A stretch of DNA of 64,000 nucleotides. It comes from Podarcis vaucheri. Taxonomy: Eukaryota. Shown one piece after another: positions 34,955 through 49,109 of the stretch. The stretch is taken from NCBI GenBank assembly GCA_965113315.1, contig OZ220364.1. One strand, given 5' to 3'. The notes beneath the pieces are model-generated. The model ran no database searches and was not told the origin of the DNA. It worked only from the letters and a program-made list of their open reading frames with translations. Every line of letters begins with the position of its first letter. The first letter of the stretch is position 1. A program made the translations under genes and the position numbers.

Positions 34955-35991
34955 CTGGAAAGAGAAAACATGCTGTGAGAGCCCGGCCAGAAATAGCCAT
35001 GCCCTCTCCTAAGGCCTCTCCTGGCCTACAGGGATAACTACCACCAAACAGAGCAGCCAGAGCAAGACCCAGAGGAATTGCCAAGGTGAGGGATACTGGA
35101 AAATGATGAGCCCACAGAAAGGAGGGAAGATGCCAATTCAAATGGGCTCTCATTCACACACCACACCACAATAAGGCCAGGCTCCTAGCACTGGGAGTGA
35201 ACACTTTTTTCTAAGCAAAAAGCACCGCAAACACATGTGCTGTGCAAGAAGCTGTCTTTCTAAATCATGAAGACATAAGGGGGTTCAGGGACTAGTTTCT
35301 GAGAAGAACAAAGGACACTTTATCAAGTGTTTCTCTCCCACAGCTGTCTTAGTAGTTTTGGCATGGGAAACAGCCAGGCCAGATTGGCCACGACAAGAGG
35401 CATTTGGGTACATGGGGGACTATATTGCTTTCCAGCTATTTGTCCAGGCCAAAAGGAGCAAGGCTGTCTAAAGCCAAGAATTATTAGACTATGCTTCCAG
35501 CCACCCACAAATCTATGTTAAGTATCACACATACAAAGCTAGGGCCTCTTGGGTACCAAACCCCAAGACGTCCTTCCGGTTATTCAGAAAGAAAGTTGCT
35601 CTGGAAGTGGGAAGTCACATCTGGATAGTTTATGGAGCTTATGTTAGTAAACTGAACTAGCTGAGCTCAAATGCCACTACAGCAGCTGGCCTGCTAATGG
35701 GTCTGAGGTGTATAGATACAGAAAGATCAGTGGTGCTAGCACTGGCATACAACATGGTACCACTTGAGGAAAGCTGCTACCCTCTCCTCTCACACCTCCA
35801 CCCCTCCACCACCACCTCTTCTCCTCTTCTCTCTCTTTTAATGTTTTGCTGGTGCTAATGCAGCAGCAGCAGTAGCATGCCTCCACCTCCTATCTGCCGC
35901 AGGAAAACAAGAGGGTCCTTTCTCAGAGCAAGACATACTGAGAGAGGCGGCACAGGAAAGTGCCTATACCACTGCTGCGTTTAAACTTTTA

Positions 35992-36504
<513 letters not shown>

Positions 36505-36674
36505 CTAGGGGAGAATAAAAAGATGACGAGCTCACTATTGGTCTTCCCTGCTCAGGTCCTCATCGACAGGGTGTCTCCATGACACTTGTCCCAAATTAGC
36601 TACTTATACAATACCTCAGCCAGTCAGTTATGGAACAGCTTTGCACCCCACCCCCAGCAAGTGCAGATGACTCA

Positions 36675-37234
<560 letters not shown>

Positions 37235-38669
37235 TTAAAATGTTATTTTTGAACAATATTCTGGAACAGAACTTGAACCATTATTGGTAGAATGAGGTTC
37301 TTTTCAACTGAACCCGAAACACAGCTTAAGTTACTGGTTATGAATAACTTAATAAAAGCTGATAGGATATCAGCTCTTGACTGCACTATGGCCTTCTAAA
37401 TCCCCACATATGACAACTCTCAAGTAAAAAGACATCAAAATAATCTGTGAGGATTTGTTTTAATATTATGCTCTTATTTGCTCAGGTTTCTCAGCCCTTT
37501 CAAAGGCAGTAAACAGCAAGAAGGATCCCTGTTGCTTTATTTCTGAGACTTATACCCCGTTTTCCACTAGCCTGTCAGAAATCCCATGGCTTTAAGACAA
37601 CAATCCACAGAAATTACAATACAGAATGAATGTATCTTGTACACTGATAGACAAAAGAAGGCCGCTGGAGGGGAAGGGTCTAGTCCAATAGCTGCATTCT
37701 AGGGTATCCTGGATAATCACAGGAAGCATGGATTATTTTAAACATCAATCTGCATATTGAAGGACATAAAAGTTTCTTACATGAGCAAGCAACCTCCCTC
37801 CCAACCATTGCTTATTGAAGCCTCTTGCAAGATGCAAAAACTCTTAGCTACGTAAAGTGAGTTATAGTGTGGAGGAAAGAAGTAAATAAGGCTTGCTAAT
37901 TCTTCCAAACATCTGAGACTGTTATGCATGCAACAAGATTGATGACTGGGACACAGCACTCACATGATTTCATACCCGACCCTTAGTTCTTCTACCAATC
38001 TTTTTACATTTACTCAAAAACAAGAAGGGATTTTTGAAACTATGGATGTGTATTTAATGGGTAACTGACACTTCATAGACCTCCTGCTTGAATGAAACCC
38101 TCTGCACTGGTTATGATTGAGGTTTCCTTCAATTGCTTAAGCTCCAATAAGCTAACTGAGAGAATAAATTAACAGGATGGGACAAGGAAAAGCTTAAAAT
38201 GTTAAACTGCTTGATGCCAGGTAGGTAGGTAGGTAATCTAGGAAGGGATCTAGGATCATGTCACAGTTGCAGCTAGGCCATACTGCACCATACCCTACTC
38301 TTATTGCAAATACAAATGTTCCAGGAGCCAGATTGAAGAGGAATGAAGAACTAGTGAGTACAGATGAGATGATGTTTTCTGAGTCTGACACTAAACTGCT
38401 ACCAAGCTACAACTGCCCTGAAGAGAAGTATTTTTACAATTTTCATTCATTTCACAAAGGTACACTGCCTTGATTTCCTGGCTGAACCTGGCTCTGGAGA
38501 AGTCATACACACAAAATGAGATCTAGTAGCAAAACAAAAGTTATGGTGTACTGCACTACTCTGAAGTTAGTTTCTAGTGAGCAGGTACAAGCTTTCTCAA
38601 CGTACCCAGAGCCCACTTAGAGGTGAGCAGGCACCCCTTTTAAATGCTAAAAGGAGGGTAACTAGCTTA

Positions 38670-38981
<312 letters not shown>

Positions 38982-39518
38982 TCAGTGAAGGCGAACACAG
39001 TTTGCACACAACAGGTCCCAGATTCACATCCTAGTATTTCCAAGTACAGCTGGAAAAAACTAACTCTAGTGAGCCACTGCCCATCAACATAGATAATATT
39101 GAGCTAGGTGGACCAATGTTCAGGCAGCTAGCTATGAGCTCAACAGAACTGGTCAGACTTACGCTAGTGTTGCCAAGTGCAATTCCAAATCTCATGTTTA
39201 ATGTAGTGGCAGTGTAAAGTACAGTACTTGCAACTGCTTTAAGAAGAAGCAGCAGGCAGGAAAGGGAATGCTTAACACAGTCCCCAAGCTAGGGTTCAGT
39301 GATGTGCCACAAAGAGGAGCCATCTCATCATGTACACCTTTGTAATATACTTTAGTCTTTGGCAGGATTCACCTAATGATTCCCCATAAGCAGAAGCCCT
39401 GTGCAAGGTCTTCCACTGGGTAAAAGTGCTCCCCCCACCAAAAAAACCCCAGAGCCATAGCTATGGCGTGGCGGCGGCTAGCCAGGTTTTTGCCCCAGGT
39501 GAAGCCCCCAGAGGCTTC

Positions 39519-39520
<2 letters not shown>

Positions 39521-39553
<33 letters not shown>
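39521..39553. repeat. (GT)n microsatellite
   Basis: Directly visible. Confidence 0.95.
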
Positions 39554-39554
<1 letters not shown>

Positions 39555-40557
39555 ATGCAAATGCATGTGGGTGTGCCAAACTGGGTCTCTGACCTGGGTG
39601 AAATAAAGCCTAGTTTTGTCCCTGCCCAGGCACTCTTCAAACTTGGTGGGAGGAAGAGATGGGAGAACCCCCAGAACAGAGGAGGTTGTTCCATCTGGCA
39701 AACTTAAAAGGTTGTGCAGATGGAAAGTTCAACAGAGCATGATGTTTAATTCCTTCCTTCATCCTTCCACAATGCCCAACAATGTCTCAAATACCGTCCT
39801 TTTTTCCCCTCCAGGCAAACAATGCAAGGAAGAGTCAATGTCTGTAGAACATCTACCAAGATATACTAATTAAGTGAACGTAGGCTAACTAGCACCATAC
39901 CAATACTGTACTTTAACCACCACCAGGTTTTTGGCTTGCAGTAACAGGAAAGAATTTGTACACAACATGGTACCACAAGTCAACAGCAACACTGAACTCT
40001 GCTTGCTTTGCCAGTTCTACCCAATCTAAAGCATCCTTGTTCTGACACCTTGAAAGGGGTGCCAATTCTTGCACAATTTTGTTATCTAGACTGCTGCTCT
40101 TTGGACACCAGGAAAATGTTAGTCCCAAAGAGTACAAAATTACAGCTTTGCAGAAACAATAGGAGCTTGTTTGTTTTATAAGCACTGTAAAAAGAATTAA
40201 TTCACCTCCATCTAATTTCCTACGAAACTTAGGGCCCAAATGTAATTGAAGAGAAGGAATGCTTAGGATCAAGTAAGGTATTGCCAAAATAGAAGTATAG
40301 AATAGAAGAAATGGATTACACAGCAATGAAGACAAATGCACTTTCTGAGTCAAACTTAAAGATTTAACTGATAATTTAACTTCTTAGGAGACTAATATCT
40401 TACCAGAATGTCGAACCTAGGGTTTAAGTTTCACTGGATTTCCAACATACTAAAATAGCACCCACCATTGTTCTGAACTGCAAACTTTGACAAGATATTG
40501 CTTTTACCCAGTGTCCTTGGCTGCTGCACTTCATGGTCTCCATGTTGACCCCAGTCA

Positions 40558-40677
<120 letters not shown>

Positions 40678-40802
40678 TTATCAAAGGAAAGTGAGTCATG
40701 CAAGTGTGCAGTTTGCAGATTTCCCTCAACCCAGAACAAAATCTGATATAAAAACTGCAGATAGCAGTGAAGCCAGAGTGTTTAGAACAGACATTTACTC
40801 AC

Positions 40803-40840
40803 CATGGTCATCCAACAATATATTTTCTGGCTTCAGGTCC
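40803..40840 (-). CDS. GRK6: GRK6 exon 10 (RDLKPENILLDDH)
   Basis: 38 nt, AG/GT flanked; catalytic loop. Confidence 0.97.
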
Positions 40841-41284
40841 CTAATGGAGGAAAATAGATTGTGTAAGATATAAACCTCAATGGGTTGCTTCTCCAGGACT
40901 AGCAGAGGAGAAGCACCATAAAACATATAAGCAAGAATTAGTGATGCCAATATCACAGGAAAATATGAACTATATAGCCATACCTTTCACATATGGGAAA
41001 TTTGTGAGGCAGGGCCACTTTCCCATTACAAATTTTTCCCCTTCTTTCTTCCACTTGGGCATTAATGAGAGTCTGATATGTTTTGGATTCTCAGCTTGGA
41101 AGGAGAATGAAAACCTGTGCTGGTGAGTTCTGGGAAACTAGTCCTGCCTCAGAGGTTTCCTTGCTAAATTCTGAACAACTGCTTTTACAATATAGTAGCA
41201 GTGCTTAAGATACTGCGCAAATCCTTGTTAACATAAAACCCCAGTGTGAACCCCAGCTACACCTGGGAGAAAAGACTGTTCTCA

Positions 41285-41476
<192 letters not shown>

Positions 41477-42626
41477 CTACAACACAAGCAAGCCAAGTCA
41501 ACCACTAGAAAAGCAGAACAGCCAAGCACAGCATAGCACCTACACACAACTGGCACAATTCTGCACCAGCTATACACAACAAAATAGATGCTCAAAGCAA
41601 GATGCAGGATAATTTATGTATCTTGTACAGGAAGAGTTAACTTTGCATGAAGCTTTTTGGGTAAGAGGTGAGGAGGAGCTGAAAAGTACGGAGGGAGTAG
41701 GGTTAATAGCGATGGGACCTGACATGATAGTGAGTTGCAGATGGAGAGAACAAAGAATGGCAGAGCTACAACTCCCGCCAGGGCACTTTTCAGCCATTGG
41801 AGCAGCCTTCCCCAACTCAGTAACCTTCAAATATTTTGGGCTACAATTCCCAGCATTCCTGATTAGCAAAGGGCTGATGGGAGTTGTAATTGAAAAAATA
41901 TGGAGGCTACCAGGCTGGGGGGATATGCACTAAATGAAGCACTCTTCCCTTATTACTCTCGTCCCCTTCAGTGAGACAGACAAATCCAGCCAGACCCCAG
42001 AGTAATGTACTTTTATTATATCATCACAATCCTTTCATAGACGGGTTTCCCATTGTTTCATGCCATACAATAGCAATATTTTGACAGTCCAGCACTATGT
42101 GAGCAAAGTCAACTGTGTAGGTTCCTCCCTCCTGATAGCTGCCTGGCTAGAAGAGGCAGACAACTGAGTGGGAAAGGCCCACAAAACTGGCCCTGCTCAC
42201 ATGACCATAATTTTCAACTGTTGCAGTGGCAGTGTGAGACAAAGCCATGGAAAAGCAGCTGTGGCACATTTGTGGTCATGCATTAAAGCTTAAAAGGGAG
42301 AGAAAGTTTTCTGCATAATGTTGTATGAAAAAGAATGATTCCCCGTATCTTCCCCACAACATCCCCGGTAAGTGAAGAACCTGCATGAGCTGGTTATTAC
42401 TAAAGGGATCTCCATACAGCCAGATCCTAGTCTGCAAATGCAGTAATGCAGACCTATGGCCCAGAAATGTAAGTCCAACAGCCTTATGCTTTTCTTGCCA
42501 TCTGGGTAAGATTCCACATATTGCAGTCCTCTCCTGAATTAGTCAAGATTGCTTCACCAGGGTGAGAGAGTCAAAGACATGGCCACATTCTGTCTCAGCC
42601 TCAGTGCAGAAGTAAAGCAGTTCCTA

Positions 42627-42869
<243 letters not shown>

Positions 42870-43190
42870 TCATTACTCTCACTGAAAGCAAAAGTGATGT
42901 GATACCATAGAGATTAAGTAAATGGTTTATTGCGGCACACCATGAAAGCCCCAACTTTCACTGGAAAAATTGGTTCCCTGTCATGTTGCTGTAACAAGGT
43001 GACAAACTCAGAGCTCAGAATCAAATCCAAAATGAATGGTTGAAGGACTCAGTCGTGTTGAATCACTCCTAGTATTCTCCTGCTTGTGAAGCACTGCATG
43101 TAAAACTTGGGAGCATAAAAGATACTTAACACAGCAGTCAGCAACATGCCACCCAACATTCAGCTAATATTTCTAGGTATCAGCATCTTA

Positions 43191-43580
<390 letters not shown>

Positions 43581-43934
43581 TCACTACACAAGCATACATG
43601 TTTCACTCACACATGGAAAGTGCGGGATTCAGCCCGTTGTTCTGCAATTTATGCAAGGCATAGTATACACACAAGCTTGACAAACTAGAATACAGCATGG
43701 ATTAAGACTACATGGTTAGCAAGTTTCAAGGCTGACAAAATGAAAAGCAAAAGCTGATCTTGAAGAGGATTTGTTCTCACTATATGACCAGGAGTCACCG
43801 GCTAGCATTTTCTCTTTCACTTATCAGTGAAAGTATCAAGGGCATGAAATGTGTTCTTTACAATGTGCAAAAGGGTATTAGGTTGAAAAGCAAAGCTACA
43901 CCTATCTCTGACCCCATAGCAAAGTGGAGGTTTA

Positions 43935-44051
<117 letters not shown>

Positions 44052-45157
44052 TCAGAAACAGTGAGGTTGCCCTATGCCACAAAATAAAGAGAACAGAACC
44101 TGAGGCACCTCTGGGAGGGAAAAAAAGCAGAAATGAACATCAAGTTTTAAAGCTTGAGACGCTTCAAGGGATTTGACAAGCTCTTGGATCATAAGGCGAG
44201 GAGACTGCCAGAGACAGCAGACATTGAGAAGGCTAGGGCAACATACTATCCAATCTGGAGAGCAATAGGAAGGAATATGATGGTTACTTCCCTTTTCAGA
44301 GGCTGCCAGAGAAAGCAGGGCTCCAGATCAGAGGCTCTTTGTTCATACACCACAGCCACGTAGGTCCCTGCCAGAGCTTTTTGCACAGCTGCAGCAGCAA
44401 GACCTGGGGCCAGAAATCTGAATTATATGGGCAAATGCAGCAAGATGAAGAACACAAAGACAGGGAACTCTAGACAAGGCTCACTTTTAAGAAAATTACT
44501 TTTGATACTGCCACAGCTTCCAAGCACCACCACTACCATCAGTACAAAGTGCCACCACAATGTTAACTGCAATCATCCAAGCCTGGTCTGATATTTGCTG
44601 CCAAGGTAGTGAAAGATGCTTTAAAGGTAGGTCTTACTTATTTAAACCCTGCCTTTCCTCCACTGAAATCAAGATGGTATACATATGGCTCTCAGGCAGC
44701 CAGTCTTCCATCTAGGTACTGACCAGATAATACCTGCCTGGCTTCAGCAAAGGCTGCTGCATCATGTGCCTTCAGACTATGCCCTGGGACTTCTAATGAA
44801 AGTACATTGTTCCCAAGGGAGAAAGAATACAAGCCAAAAGGAGCATCACAACAGGCTGGGGTGACTCCTTTTCCATTCACCATCAAAAGCAGGGTAAGCC
44901 ATCTAGCAACTCAAATATTAATATTTATTAAGCCTTATAAGCCACCTATACACAACATGGCACCCACTGGCTCTCCTACAGCAGGGAAATAAACAGTACA
45001 TGAATTTTAAGCAATGAATTCCAAGACTTGCTGGTGACAACCCACTTACAGATGCAACAGGTTGTATGCAAAGTTAGCCCCTACTAGATAATCAGTGACT
45101 ACTGTCCTGGGAAATGTGCACATCATGAATCAAATTCCTCCCAATCCCCCCACTCAC

Positions 45158-45258
45158 TTGGTAGATTCCTTAAAGAGCTCTTTACCCGGTTCCTGCTCCA
45201 GTCTCTTAGAACACAGATTTACTAGCTCCAAGGGCACTTCAGGCACATGATCCACACC
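45158..45258 (-). CDS. GRK6: GRK6 exon 5 (GVDHVPEVPLELVNLCSKRLEQEPGKELFKEST)
   Basis: 101 nt, AG/GT flanked, phase-consistent. Confidence 0.94.
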
Positions 45259-45974
45259 CTGAGGATAGACAGGATCAGACAGGAAAATCAGAGTTCTGTT
45301 GTTTTTAATACCTATGAATTTATATCCTGCCCTTCCCATAAATCCCAGAGCAGGTAACAACATTATTAAGCCAACCAACAATACAAGAAAACAATGAATA
45401 GTGAGAACAGATAATCAGATCCAACCACAATAATTACATATTCATTATTGCAGCAACTAAGTATTCATAAATGTCTGGAGAAACCAGGAAGGCCAGAGTC
45501 TGACCCTGGAATGTCAATGAAGTTAGCACCAAGTGCCCCTCATGAAAGAAGCTGTTCCAGATTTGGGGCATCACCATGGAGAAGGTACTACTAATGGACT
45601 GGTAGAGTCAAATTCAGCACCAGGTTTGAAGGAGATCCTGGGCAAGGTGCCACTGGGCCCCTCCAAAGCACCATCCTGGGGTGACCCCAAGTGAGCTTAC
45701 AGAGTGGCAGGGGTGGACAGCACCAGGGGAAAGTGGCATGGTGTGGCTATGGCAGCTGCCCGGCCTTGTTCTTCTCCTTCATCACCAGGCCCTTAAAATT
45801 TAAAAAGATTGTAATAATGCCAAGCTTGCTGGGGGGTCAGGTTAGCACTTTGGGGAGGCAGCAGTGCTGGCAAAAATAATTTGTTTCTTCCGAGTACCTG
45901 GCAGTGAAAGGACAAGTGCTGGACAGATGCCGCCACTACTATCTTTCCTCCCAAATGCTTCTGGCTCCAGACAT

Positions 45975-46027
45975 TGTTGTTGTTGTTTAGTCATTTAGCC
46001 GTGTCCGACTCTTCGTGACCCCATGGA
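45975..46027 (-). mobile_element. extremely 5'-truncated RTE-BovB LINE (3' tail only)
   Basis: Minus strand ccatggggtcacgaagagtcggacac...(caa)n, same end as the 63.3 kb copy; flanked by ccagacat direct repeat (45967-45974, 46028-46035). Confidence 0.8.
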
Positions 46028-46303
46028 CCAGACATAGTATTGCTCCATTATGGAGAGAGCCTGTGGGGCATGGTGGATGCTTCTTCTTCTTCATATTTGC
46101 TCTTGGAGTGCCAGGCACTTAAAATGAAACCTCCTAGGAGGTCCTCAGCCCCCCACGCCTGCTGGGAGCTATTGCCAGGCCTAGGTACCAATGTTTACTC
46201 CCTGTTGGTAATATTTAGGCATATCCTTGACCCAGCTTGGTCTAGGGCAAGTGCAGCTCTCATTAAGGCAACTTTCCCTTTGTTTAGCTAATGCAAATCT
46301 CAC

Positions 46304-46381
46304 CTTAGGGGTCAAATACGTCTCAATCAGGAGCTGACCACACTCTTTGAGTTTTTCATCAGGGGTTACTTCATACTCTGC
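46304..46381 (-). CDS. GRK6: GRK6 exon 4 (AEYEVTPDEKLKECGQLLIETYLTPK)
   Basis: 78 nt, AG/GT flanked. Confidence 0.95.
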
Positions 46382-46540
46382 CTATGTAAGAATGAGGATA
46401 AGAAAGCAATATTCAATTATTCTACATACCTCTCCCAAGAATAAAAATGCAGAAATGATGTAAACAAACTACATATTCTTGTATAATCCAAGAACCACCA
46501 CTACCTGTTCCAGACTCCACTATGAGCAGAATATGAGTAA

Positions 46541-46766
46541 CAGTGGTACTTCGAGTTACATACGCTTCAGGTTACAGACTCTGCTAACCCAGAAATAGTA
46601 CCTCGGGTTAAGAACTTTGCTTCAGGATGAGAACAGAAATCGTGCTCTGGCGGTGCAGCGGCAGCAGGAGGCCCCATTAGCTAATGTGGTGCTTCAGGTT
46701 AAGAACAGTTTCAGGTTAAGAACGGACCTCCAGAACGAATTAAGTACTTAACCCGAGGTACCACTG
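46541..46766 (+). mobile_element. Tc1/mariner (Tigger-like) MITE in GRK6 intron 3
   Basis: Near-identical to 28500-28734; TIRs present, right TA intact. Confidence 0.9.
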
Positions 46767-46902
46767 TACTGTGAAAGTAATGAGGTAAGAATAAAGCCAC
46801 CTCCATACACTTGGATTTGCAATATGCCACATGCCAGGATCCCTTCCTTCAAAACTTACAGTTAATCAGCTCCCATGTTTAACCCCCAGGAAGGGATTCT
46901 CA

Positions 46903-47052
<150 letters not shown>

Positions 47053-48974
47053 TCAACGGCTACTAGCCCATACCACAATCAGAGAACATTTAAGAGAAGA
47101 GGACACTAAACCCATTTTCAAAAGAATTTACTTGATCTGACCTGAAGCAACCACTTTAGCAATCAAAGATTAGGAGAAGGGTCCATTCCAAGTCCTGAAG
47201 GCTATTCAATGGAACAGATAACCTGTGTGTCTGACTCATTTTAATTCCCAGCCATAAGATCTTCATGTTAAATCTTTATCTTCAAGAATTAAAGTGCTCT
47301 CTTGAGTAACTGACATTTCCTTCTGGCCACTGCATGGAACTACTTTTGCAAAGTCACTCAACTGCTTATCAGAAAAGTTTAGGAACCTGCATGGCCACAG
47401 CTGAATCATGGAGCAGAAAGTGAATTTCCAAGCAATATATCTAGTAACTCGTATGGCAGGAATGGGGAACTTGTTGCCCTCTTGATGATGTTGGACTCCA
47501 AACCCCCATCAGCCACAGCCAGCATGTCCAGTACCAGGAATTATGGAAGTTGTGGCCCAGCAACATCTGGAGAGCCACAGGTTCCCCACATCTATACAAG
47601 GGGATATTAAATCTCTTAGCAGCAGGATGGAAACATCCACTGCCGCATATCTTCTCTAGCAGGATATCAATGAACCTTTTTTTTCTTTTTCTATGTGACA
47701 GAATCACCACAACTCATTGCTCCCTAGGAAGGTGCTGCTGGTATTTTAAATCAAAGTACAGACTATTTAACACTTGTTCAGAAGAGGACGGGAGATCTTA
47801 TCAGGCACCAGCTTAAGGCTTGCTTCTTTTCATGTTTTTGCCTTTTGGGGTGTCATAGGTTTGTTCGAGTGGATGAGGGTGTGTCTCCCACCCCCCATTT
47901 TGGCTATAATAATAAAGACAGGTCAACTTGTCCACCAGAGGAGTTACTTGGCACAACTACAAGTCAGACATATCAAGTCCCAAAACTTAGGTTAATTTTT
48001 CATGGCTTGATTTTAGGCTCTCAACCTGAAGTCTATACACCAGAGGTGTTGTTCCCTCTCCTTCATATCGCTGACTTAATTGGAGGGAGTAGGGAGAAGA
48101 GGAGTGACATTATTTTTGAAATTTACATTTTATTGGTTTCAATTATTCATACAGAAAGATAATGATCAACAATTTTACTCTCTCTTTCTCACCACAGGAG
48201 GAACGACATTATTAAATCATGTTAAAAGGATTCCGCCCTCATCCCCTGATCTGGGCATGTCTTCTAATCTGAAGGGGACAAAGCTAGAAAAGTGACGTCA
48301 ACAGCGAAGCAACAGGTCAGCCTCCTCAGGGTAACTTAATTCAACTGTATTGGGTATAACTGAACGATTAGTTCACACAAGATGCAGAGATATGGCAGAA
48401 TTAATGAGCAGAGGCTAATAGAAGGCAGCGAGGCCAGAACAGCAATATCATGCGGAGAAGCAGTAGGCAGTCTCCATCTGTAGGCAAGTGCTTTGGGTTC
48501 GCAGAATCCTTTAATTATTAATTTCTTGAAGCACACAGAAAAACCAAAATGGTTATGGAGAGGTAGGTTATGGCTGTGGGGTACAGGCTGACTAGTGTAG
48601 CTAATGATCCCTTTCCAGGCCCCCAATTCTCCTTCTAATCAAGATTCATGCTCAGATCAAGAGGCGTGTGCAGAAATCCAGGACCTTGTAACTTTGCAAG
48701 AAGAAACAAGCCAGCTATGCTTCCATCCCTATGATGGAGGTGAGGAACCTCAAGCCCAGGTGCCAAGACAGCCTACCAAGGCTCTACCCTGCCCTTGAGA
48801 TTCTCCCCATGTCATGCCCCTTCCCCATCCCTGCTCCACACTGTCCTGGAGTGCTTTTGCCTGGCTGATTGATGTCCCTGAACTGTGATGATGCTTCTTG
48901 CAGTTTATGGGTTTGTTTATCTTCCACAGCTGGCAATATTTTGAACGAACCTGGCAGTACTTTGTAGCTCCACC

Positions 48975-49109
48975 CATAGGTGTAGCCAGGATTGGGGGGG
49001 GGGACAGGCCTTTTGTTAGGGGGGCAGAACCTCAGTTAGCTATGTATTTTTATTGATTTTTATTGATGGGGGGCAACTGCCCCTCACTGCCCCCCCGGCT
49101 ATGCCCACG
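48975..49109. mobile_element. small hAT-like MITE (135 bp)
   Basis: Imperfect TIR cataggtgtagccagg / ccggctatgcccacg; TSD gctccacc/gccccacc. Confidence 0.7.
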
